Assembly: GCA_965637545.1 (NCBI GenBank)
Contig: OZ281499.1
Location: 8,928,001 to 8,992,000, forward strand
DNA: 64,000 nt
Direction: 5' to 3'
Source of the DNA: Phallusia mammillata
Lineage: Eukaryota
Below, in pieces: positions 36,842 to 46,896 of the stretch. The position numbers were made by a program, and so were the translations under genes. Each line of letters opens with the position of its first letter. Position 1 is the first letter of the stretch. Below the pieces are notes generated by a model. The model was not told where the DNA came from. It worked only from the letters and a program-made list of their open reading frames with translations, and ran no database searches.

Positions 36842-39800
36842 CTACAATTTTTCACTTCTTTCTTTTTTAGGAATCTTCTGACGTTCTTGATACTGTAAAT
36901 TGACAAAATTTTAGCTGTGTTTGTACAACGTATAACCAAACGCTTATAAGCCATACACATGCTTGTTTCGGATACGTTAACCAAACAGAAGATTAGAAAC
37001 CGTAAATGTTTTTGGTTGTTCGGTTTGCTTTTGTTTCTATTAAACATCTTGTATTTGTTTTTGCTATAGCACGTGAAAAAAAAATTTGCAAAGCCCTACC
37101 TCAACGTAGTAATATAGTGCCATTCCAACGACAAGGACTGAAAACAAGATCCAGAGTTTTGTTGACACACAGATGAAATTTTGATAAGCGAATGTTATCA
37201 CAAAACCAAGAGATTGCCAAAGTCTGTAGTTGGCGAAGCTTGCCTCTTGGTTGTTTAAGAAAAGTACTCCGTATAACGCTGCAACAAAAAGACATTTTTA
37301 GATTGCTTATATATCCACAATCAATGATTTTACGCTTTAAACTTATAACGTGATTGAATTGGTTTGGGTTTACCATTAAGCTGGGTCATCCACACGGCAT
37401 CTGCGACACCCCAAAGTGCGGGGAGGATAAAGAATAGCCCAGCCTGGGTTGGATAAGGAGTCCATATCTAAAAACGCACGTAATGAACATGCGTTGTTGC
37501 CTGGCATGAAGTTACAACTGCGTCTGCATGCTGAATTTATACATGCTTAAAAACAATCACACGAACAGCTTTTCTGATACTTTTGTATTTTACCTGAAAC
37601 GTGATGATCAGTCCAATATTTATGAGACTCGCTGTAGTAAACAATAAACTCCTTCCCGTATATTTCTCCAAATTCCCAACCAGAAGTGAAAAAATTGCGT
37701 CACAAGCTCCATAGCAAATGAGAACAAAACCCACCCAGTTTACACCAAGAGGACACGTAATGAAAGACTGAACAAAAACAGCCCTAAATGAGGTTAGCAG
37801 TTTTGTAATGAACACATATAGACTTTATTTTCGCCGAAGTTTGACGGAACTCGCTTGGTAAAAAAATATAGGGGTAATTTTTATCTTGAAAAGCTAAAAA
37901 GGACCAACGAGAGAAAACAAGGTTGAGACCTCTGGTCTAGAGATTGTCAAATATATGAAGTTAAGAAACAAAGGTCGTTGCAAAACTTTACATACTGATA
38001 TTAACATGCTTTATAAGAGTTCAGAGTCACGTATGTATTTTAGCCTTAAATCTACTACAACAATGTTTGCTGATGCGTTTGTTAAATTGTGATAAGAATA
38101 TATAATACTTTACCCTGGTGATGTCGCCAGTTAGGAATGCCATTTCAAAACCACCGTACATTGTGATTGGAATAAGCAGAAGTTGTCTCTTGTCTTTCAT
38201 GTGCTTAAAGGTAGCAACTAACAGTGCAAACGGTCCACGAGTTTCCTGGGCTCTGCAAGTTTAGAACATTTTTTCATCGAGCACCTTCATTAAAGTTTAA
38301 GTCAACAATCATAATGACACGTCAAAATATGGTGTAGATGTAAGTCATGATCCTAGAATTATGCCCGACACTGTTTTTAGCTCCATAAGATTTCTGCGTT
38401 GCGCAGCTATTTTCGGCTTGGTGGTTATTTTGTTGCAATTGTAATTGCTGTGTGTTTTTCACTAAGTTAGATTAGATAATCTCAACAAAACAACAACATG
38501 CTTTGTCATCAAATCTATTCCCATGGCCAACTTAAGGAGTGATAACACTACAAAATTTATTTAAACAACCGAGGAACCAACCAAAATCAAAATATACCAA
38601 ATCTACGAGCATAGCTTATAATTTTGTCTAATAAGTCATATCTGAAATTTCTTTAAAGGAATGTCAGAAACCGAGACGCCCACCTGACTTTGATATTGTC
38701 GACTCCAACAGCCATTACTAATGCACCACATAAACCAGTTGCAGTATAAATTCCCATTAACGTGTAGATTGTAGAATTAGACGGCCTCGAACTGGTAATC
38801 CTTGAGGTTGGACTTTCGCTGCTGTTGCAATTTACTTCAGCAGCCAACAATGTCCCCTGGCAGTCATTAGCCCCACAGCTCTGTTTAATGTATGTTTCGT
38901 TGTAACATGTGGGAAATTCTGCATGGAAAGTTATGAGAAGAATTGTATTAGGATTCGAACAAGTTTTTACCTAATGTAGAAAAATAGGATAGACGGTTTT
39001 AATGATTGTACAATACATACGTAGCAATAAATAGAAACATTGACAACTAACCGTAGAACATAAGCTAAAAATGGCAAATATAAATCTAAAAAATGGCAAA
39101 TTTAAAATTGTGAGCTTGGAATGAAAACAGAAAGATTGATGCATTACGGTTTTATATAGTTACCAAGTTTCTCTGTGCTGTCAGCTGACAAAACAAAAGA
39201 TGAAATGAGGTTTCCAATAATTGTACTAGACTGGAAAAACAGAAAGAAAATGCCAAAAAATCTGTTCACCACTGCGTCCGTTGTATCGTTGGTTAGTAAC
39301 GCATATCTATAAACAACAAAAATTGTCTCCTGTTTTGGTAGGAAGTAATTAATCAGTCGACCTTTTTGGCTCAGTAAATATCGCATAGAATGTTGTGCTG
39401 CGCCGGCTAAAGGTATGAGACTGCTGTTCCTTTTGTGTTTTTTTTTTTGCATTTTAAGACGTGATTGATCTTGATTTGGGACAAACCTTTTAGCAGATGT
39501 GGTGAGGTAGGTGCACTTGGCCGACCACAAGGGAGCAGCAGAGAGTCCCAAAAGTATCGAGCTTGGTATAAGAGTTCCCCAATGTGGGTAGAAATTGGCG
39601 AGAGAATATGAGACGTAGCCGCAAATCGATACAACGATCGTCCATTTGCAACCAAGCCAGTTAATCACTAGAAGAAAAATATACAATAGTTTAGTGACAA
39701 CAATTGTGACAACTAAATTCTCAACCGTTCAGCATTAACTGAATCATGTCGAGTTAAAAAAGCTAGTTCTTGTCTATTGTCTTCATAATTAAAATGGTTA

Positions 39801-40680
39801 CAAGCCTAAGTATTTTGTGTTCGCAGTACAGCACTGTGTAAATATTTGGATTCAAAATGTTAATTCCACGATGGAGTGTATGAGTTAATATTTCACTACT
39901 GCAGCATCCATGCGCTACTCGGCATGTACTCATTCTTCGTTTGAAACCACATTACTGAGCTATTTTCTCAATAAAGTCAAATCATTACGTGCCCCAGTAT
40001 TTCAGGCACAATTGGCAAATACCATAGTGTCATTTTTACAAAAGTTATCATTTAGTATGTAGCAATCTTTCCTAACACCAACACTACATTGTCAAGCTTA
40101 CCGTAAGTAGGTAAAAACATTGAGGAGATAATCAACGTGGCATAAATAATAGAAAGTGAAGCTGTCCCAAGCCCTGCCTCAGAATTGAGACTGGATTGAA
40201 GGACGGAGGCGCCGTTAAAAGCCGTGAAATTGCCAACAAATGCAAGACAGATGATGATCAGATTTTTCCAAATCTTTTTGGTCTCTTTTCTGAGGTAATA
40301 TATGTATTTGGTAAACGTCGGAATAAAAATACATTTGCCAGAAGAGCTATATTAACTTGATATTATGCCTGACAGCATGTATTTGGTAATATTGACATTT
40401 ATTGTCTTCTTGTAAATTATGTTTTAAAAAACATAAACATATTTTTCTACTTATTGTGGGTCAAACCAATATCCAAAGTTGCAAGATGTGTGCAAAAATA
40501 GATTTGTCTTTACTTTTTAAGACAAGGACTTGCCAATATGACTTCCAGATTTTCAAAGCTTTCAGGTGAAATTGAAACTTTTATTTTCTTCTCATCAGCG
40601 AGATTGCAAAGTTCATCTTCTTTCGAGTGGGGCTTATGGGCATCTCCGTCATTGCTATGCGAGTCAGCTTCAGTTTCCAT
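36842..40680 (-). CDS. UNC93A: UNC93A-like MFS membrane protein, copy 4 (complete; shortened C-tail)
   Basis: Exons 40680-40514 (METEADSHSND..SFENLEVILASPCLK), 40289-40102, 39667-39487, 39306-39164, 38918-38684, 38252-38114, 37767-37594, 37467-37374, 37278-37100, 36892-36842 (YQERQKIPKKERSEKL*). Confidence 0.9.
40315..40376 (+). mobile_element. 62-bp extremely 5'-truncated Penelope pLTR insertion in intron 1 of copy 4
   Basis: ACGTCGGAATAAAAATACATTTGCCAGAAGAGCT matches 36055-36088. Flanked by 13-bp TSD ATGTATTTGGTAA (40302-40314, 40377-40389). Confidence 0.75.
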
Positions 40681-41639
40681 TGTCTTTACTTACAAATACT
40701 TTACAACAATTACAAGCTTGCACTTAGCTATATTGAAGCAAGTTAAACAGAAAACAAGAGTACGATGCATTGATACCTTACAGGTACTACACATGGTATA
40801 TTTTGAAACAGTGCGTACTTATGTAACAGTTATATATTCTGCCTCAGTATAGCCACGTTTCAGACAAAAATAGCGTTGGGGACCAAATAGATTTAGTCAA
40901 ACCAGTTACAAGTACCAAAGGTTCAAATTTACAGAACCTCAGTCCAATACACGGCAGTCCCACCCACAAAGCCGACCACGCCCTCCATTTTGGCCAATAG
41001 TAGCACAGGAAATTGCGTACACGTCAAACCGGTATTTGGTTTAAACAGCCCAGTCCTAAGCGCTAGCTTTGACAATATTACCGGTAAAAAGCAATAGGCT
41101 TCATTAACTTACCGGGTTGCGTACGTTATACAGTATGTTTGCGAACAAACACGTAATACCACTGTACTAAAAACCTCGTTAAACAACAAAACGTAAAGTT
41201 GGAGGATGGTTTTATCCAAAGAGGAAATCACTGAAACTGCCTGTGCTAAAACTGCCTGCACTAAAACTGTACACTATTCAGCATCTTTCGATTGTTCCTA
41301 CAAAACTAACTTACAGTGACCGTGCACTATTTAGCAAAGCAAGTCGAATAGAAGCCCCTTGAATACAACGCAACAAATCGTATTCAACCAAGCGAAACGA
41401 TTGTTAGACTAAATATAAAGCTTTTCCTTTGCCTTGAGCTGAGACAGGGGTACATGTCAATGTTTGTGCGAGCGAAAAAGGGATGCGTTTATGCTGTGTC
41501 AACGCAATGGCCTGTTGCTGTGTCAATACTTTGCATGAAAAGTTTTGAAGCTGCACTGAGGATCAAAGTTTGTTTTGATTGATCAGCTATCTAATCTGAG
41601 TACAATATTTCAATCAACTACAAACACATCATGGTAATA

Positions 41640-41794
41640 CAGTAAAGGTCTGTTAATGCCTACCCGTCTGGACCAAACGAATTCACCGAATTAGTAGCCT
41701 TACCACATTACAAATCCTCAAATTGTACCTCAAATTTTGTTCGAAATAGGCAAAGATCCAAATTAATCGAATCCGGTTAAACCGAGGTTTACTG
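41640..41794. mobile_element. pogo/Tigger-like MITE (tentative)
   Basis: Ends TA-CAGTAAAGGTCTGTTAA / TTAAACCGAGGTTTACTG; the right-hand TA is not preserved. Confidence 0.5.
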
Positions 41795-42897
41795 TCTTTT
41801 CACGCCTGAAGTGCAACACAAAAGAATGTACATAAACCAGTTCTACAACTCGACAAACACTTGTGACGTCACAGTCCTGTCTTGAAAAGAGTATCTCACC
41901 TAGGATAATATGCAAGATTATCAGTGTTTGCTAGATCGTTCGGGTTTTGTAGGTTTGACTCTCATGTCGTGGGTTGCGTTTATGACACTAATGTCATTGC
42001 TATTAGCGCAAAACTTTTTGAGCAATTGTAACAATTATGTTCGGTTGTGTTAAATGTTTAATGAACCCTTATGCGATACAACACTCTTGTGTAATCCTGC
42101 AGAAATTACATAGAAGTTACTTTAGTAGGTTAACTGTCAGAAACCGTGTTCCCGTTTCTTGAATCAAAGATATTTCTGCGTATATGTACAGGATAAAACG
42201 TTGATTGTTGTCAACTGGTGAATATAACAACAAATCTAAACTATATCTTTCGTTATAATAGCCCAACAAAACGTTTCAAAATCCATTGAGTAACCACAAT
42301 GTATGATAGCAGGCACGCAATACAGATTTACCGCAGATATCAGATGCACGATTTAAAAACAACAAAACAGTCTTTGCTTTGACTCTAAAGAAGAGTGTGT
42401 TTAGTTTAATCTGATTGGTATCTTCAACTGTTCTCATCGTGCCTTTAACTCTTTATTTTAGAATTGTTGATAGGGCAGCGGAATGGCTGTACGACTGAGT
42501 GGTAAAATTAAAATTAATGCATCGATCAAAACCACATGAGCATGTTGTCACTTTCTTAAAAACATGGTTGTTTCAAGAATTCTAATGCCGTCTTTAGCAA
42601 CCAATAGGTTTTTAATGACTGCAAAAGTTCCTTGTTGTTGTGTAGCTGCAGACGTTTTGACGGGCAGGTAAAGTGGTTAAAGTCGCCTTTTTGAAGCATA
42701 GACATTATTTGATTTGTTTGGTTTGGACCAACCACAAAACGATTACAACATTTAATGCAAATTCTGTACGAGGCATCATTCCTTCTATTTCAAACTGTTT
42801 AAGTAAATATTTCAAGTATCCTTAACTCCTCAAGTAACAAGTAAAAAAACGGATTTATGTAGACAAAGAAGTAAACAGAACAAACAATGCATTTACT

Positions 42898-44000
42898 GAG
42901 GCTGAATGCAGTTTATCCGAGCATATCTTTCACACAAGAACTAGAGTTACACAACACCATCCATTACTTAGATGTGCTCGTAACGAATACACCCAATGGC
43001 ATAGTCACTACCACCTACCGCAAGCCTACCCACAGTGGACTTTACAGCAAGTGGGACAGCTTTGTACCCCTTCACCATAAACGCAACCTCGTTAACTGCC
43101 TCATAAAAAGAGCATATAACATCTCCAGTTCCTACAAAATCATGGACCAAGAGTTTCGAACAGTAAAATCCATGCTTGCCTCCAATGGATACCCTGTCAC
43201 CTTCCTTGACGGGTGTGTTAAAGGGTTTCTCAACAGATGTCATCGCCCCACACTTCCATCTTCACCCAAACGATCGGAAACCACACTATTGGTGACCATG
43301 CGCCTCCCCTTTATAGGAACCACATCTTACAATATAGCGCGTGAGCTCAAGGGATTTGTGAAACGCACAATACTCGATGTGGAACTACGGGTTATCCACA
43401 AACCGACAAAAATTGGCAGTTTCTTTTCTATCAAGGACCGCCCTTGCAACAACCTCCGCTGCAGTGTTGTTTACAGGCTGACATGTTCGTGTGGGTCCTC
43501 ATATATTGGTGAGACGCAGCGAAACTTAATAACTCGAATAAAAGAGCACCAGACCAACGAAAAATCGGAAGTGTGTAGGCATCTCCAGACTAACCCTATG
43601 CATAGGGTCAACTTCACAGAACCAGAAATATTGGACGCAACGTCAGATCGGATTCGTTTGTTTATTCTGGAGTCGCTTCTTATCCAGCAACATGACCGGG
43701 GCTGAACGTGGACACAACTTCGATGCCCCTGCGGCTTTTTAACACCTAATTCACTGGTTTTATCGTTATCTCCATTTTGTCGGCAACCTTTTATCAGCGT
43801 GACGCAGTTGATTAAACTTTTCTCCTTACTTTTTCTGTATATAAACGCGCTTGTTTCCACTTGTGCATTACATTTTCACTGATGATGACAATAGTTTTGT
43901 CGAAACGTTTGTTTTAATAAAATGAATACGTTTTACTCTACGTCGCTGGCAATTTGCTTTTTATTAAAGCTGTTATTCAAGTCCGTGTCTTGTGTACCTA
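42898..44000 (+). mobile_element. 5'-truncated Penelope-like retroelement (RT C-terminus + GIY-YIG endonuclease + pLTR with hammerhead)
   Basis: ORF 42887-43705: HYLDVLV, YRKPTHSGLY (RT thumb), VVYRLTCSCGSSYIGETQRNLITRIKEH (GIY-YIG), ILESLLI; terminal 1-nt frameshift. Perfect 12-bp TSD AATGCATTTACT (42886-42897, 44001-44012). Confidence 0.93.
43866..43925 (+). ncRNA. Minimal type-I hammerhead ribozyme of the Penelope pLTR
   Basis: CTGATGA (43879-85), stem II GACAA-TAGTT-TTGTC, GAAA, stem III ACGT, triplet GTT, stem I CATTTTCA / TG..AAAATG. Confidence 0.72.
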
Positions 44001-44504
44001 AATGCATTTACTTTTGTACGAAACACACATACACTCATGTCTGTTCCATTGCAGTAACGTAAACTGAAGTATATCACGGAAATGTAGTGGAAGATTGGCA
44101 GGAAGTCAAGTTCAGTTTTGCCACTGCCAATATTCACCACCATATTGTTATGTACAGTTCGCAGAAATAATGTTAGTTCTTAGTACAATTAAAACAGCAA
44201 CCTTTGTAATAGGAAGTAAACAAAAATTGTTGTATTAAAAAATGAATGCAAATCAGTGCTGGCTCCAATAATACGAGTAAAAACACGTTTGTGTGCACCA
44301 TAAATTGAACCATAAACTTTTGAGTTTTAGCTGCCAGCTGGAACGACACAGGGTTAAGTTTCTTTGGTGGATTCTGTAACTTGACATGACTTAAATTTCA
44401 ATAGCTTTGTTATCAAAAAGATGTTGCATTGGGACAGTGTTTCTCAAAGGTATGGACCAACTAAGACACAAATTGAGCTTCTAAAAGTGCATTTTATCAT
44501 CAAG

Positions 44505-45132
44505 TAATTGCCTGGCTTAGTTGCAAATCGTTGTAGCGATTTGCGGCTACATCACATATCCTCTCGCTAATTTTTATCCACATTAGGAAACTCTTATACC
44601 AAGTTTAGTTATCGATGAACTCTCTGCTGCAACCTGTGGTCGGCCAAGTGCACAAAACTGTTAAGTTATAATTATACAACTGTTAGATGTAGGTAATATT
44701 TTGTTTGTCACCACTATCAGTCTCTGTTTGTTATTTCCTGATCAGAAGTTTATTCAGAGTTTAGCTTTAGCCAAAACTCATATTTCATAATGCTTATTAT
44801 TTTCTTGGCAGTATGTCCTACCTGCTACAACAAAACATTTATTGAACAACAATGTGGCAAAAGTGACTCCCAGGGTGACTTGTCTGCAGCCAGATTGAAA
44901 TTCAACAACTATGAGTGTTCAATGTAAAAGCATATAGAGCCAATAAATGATAAGCTGCAGACAGTGCACACTGTTTCGACCTATAAGGTCTCATATGAGT
45001 GTTCAGTTTCTGATCTGAACATTTCGGGACCGACTTATTCTACAATCTATACATTTTAATGGGAATTTACACTGCCAGCGGATTCTTTGGGGCGTTTGTA
45101 ATGGCTGTTGGTGTCGATAACATTAAAGTCAG
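44505..45132 (+). pseudogene. UNC93A: Decayed seventh UNC93A-like copy (exon 3-like and exon 5-like remnants; exon 4 absent)
   Basis: 44505-44653 matches exon 3 with deletions and a TGG>TAG stop in HWG. 44812-45132 matches exon 5 (ends GTCGATAACATTAAAGTCAG|gt as in copy 2) with a frameshift and a 72-bp insertion. Confidence 0.87.
44922..44993 (-). mobile_element. HH-A hammerhead element, 5'-truncated insertion with 12-bp TSD
   Basis: Minus strand TGA-GACC-TTATA-GGTC-GAAA-CAGTGTGCACTG-TC-TGCAGC-TTATCATTTATTGGCTCTATATGCTTTTACAT. TSD TATGAGTGTTCA at 44910-44921 and 44994-45005. Confidence 0.85.
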
Positions 45133-46896
45133 GTACGGAAATTTCTTATTCTTCAAAACAATAAAAATGTAAAATAAAAAAAATCGATATCTATGTACAT
45201 GATGAACTGGCAAATCACGAAGTATTCCGAAGAGTTAGTATGAGGGTGAAGTTTTGTTGTTTGGCTTTAACGTCCTTGAGTGTCCCTTAATGGGTTTGAT
45301 GACAAACAGCCCTATGGTTTTTATCAGATGGCAGATACAAAAAAGACTACGTTTGTTTGAACAATGACTTAGTTTTAAGAGCTGACAATTCAAAACCCTT
45401 TTTTGGTGACTTTTAAGCTCGCTAAATTGCTGATTCGGTTGGTTGTTAACCCGATAACAGCGTTTTTTGAACTCGTTTTCATTGTTCATAGACTCTCCAA
45501 CGACTTGGTCTACGAAGGTTACTACAACAAATTCGCATCGAAACTCGATAAAATGCAAATCAAGTAAACTGAAGGGTCAAATAAGATTCCTTCCTTCACA
45601 GTCCATGACAATGTTTCTTAAACAAACAAAAAATATCGTTTTTTATCAAGTGATTGCCTACTAGCTTGTCTGCTGGGACGACGATCAAAGTTGTTAATGT
45701 ATATACAACACAATATTTGCGCTTTTGGATGCTTGACTGGTGCATTTTTGCCATTTTTACGACTTCTATCACTATATTTTGAGTTTTTGTAATTAACACC
45801 TTTAGTCAAGGCTTTATATTGTATCGGAGACCACAAATCAACACCTGATTAAAAGTATGTTGATGTCCAAAAAAAAAAATCTCAACGTATTTGATACATA
45901 CAAGATTGGGAACTAATGTTGCATACCACCCAAATAAAGCGTAATACTATGCTGTTTTTGTAGTTGTGTGACAGAATGACAAGAAAACCAATAAAACCTT
46001 TTCAAAAGTGAAAATGTTTGTAATTTTGCATACCGGCCTTTAAATGTCGAGTTTTATAATGCATATTTTCAACACGTTTTAACTTATTAATCGGATTTTC
46101 GCAACTCTGATATCACATTTATTATCAGTGTTGTATTTATAATAAACAAGAATTCAATGAAAGAAAGTGATTGATTCAGCTACGTGCGAAAATGTTTTCA
46201 CATTTGTGCAAACAAGATTTGTAAACAGAGCAACCAAACATTGCAAAATACCATTACTGATAAAGTGGGATCGAAGTTAGTATATAAGCTACCAAGTAAA
46301 TACAATCAAAACTGAATCATTCCTTAGCGTCAGGTGATCAATTGTCGCATAACGCGAGAGAATATAAACGCAGGATCAATTGAAACAACACTGCACTATT
46401 CATTATCACAACTGAAGTTGTATTAAGTGCTGGCCTTGAGTTCAGCGATTGAGTTTGTTTTGCGGCCATAAAACGTTTTCAATGCTCAGGCCCCTTGTGC
46501 AAAGATTTACTTTTCGATTCACAACAAGCTTCGTTGCGTTGCACTGCATTCGCTGTGAGCAACGAGGTGCAGTAGTTGGTTTTATAGCTCACCCTTTAGA
46601 GATTATTACTCACTATTTCGAGTTTTATTATCTTTTGTAAGGCACACATATAAAGATCAATATCACGTAGGCACTCTTCAGTTTCTGTTTAATGCACAGC
46701 TTAGAGAATAGCAAAATTTTGTCAGAATTTGACAAAGCATATCGGAAGGCTTCTGGCTTGTTGACTGCTAGCTTTTTAGGTGCACAAAACGACGTTTACG
46801 CCTTGAGAAAGTTTCAAAAGGTTTTAAGGTTTATGCAAAGCATTATGTTATGACACTTTCTCTTTCGCAGTTTGTTCCTTTTAAATTTGTATCAGA

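Noticed and set aside
41545-41592. GCTGCA-CTGAGGA-TCAAA..TTTGA looks like the start of a hammerhead
   Set aside because: No GAAA, no stem III and no 3' strand for stem I; it cannot be supported as a ribozyme.
45380-45570. About 63-codon open frame (..LIRLVVNPITAFFELVFIVHRLSNDLVYEGYYNKF..*)
   Set aside because: No homology to UNC93A exons or any family I recognise, and no partner exons found.
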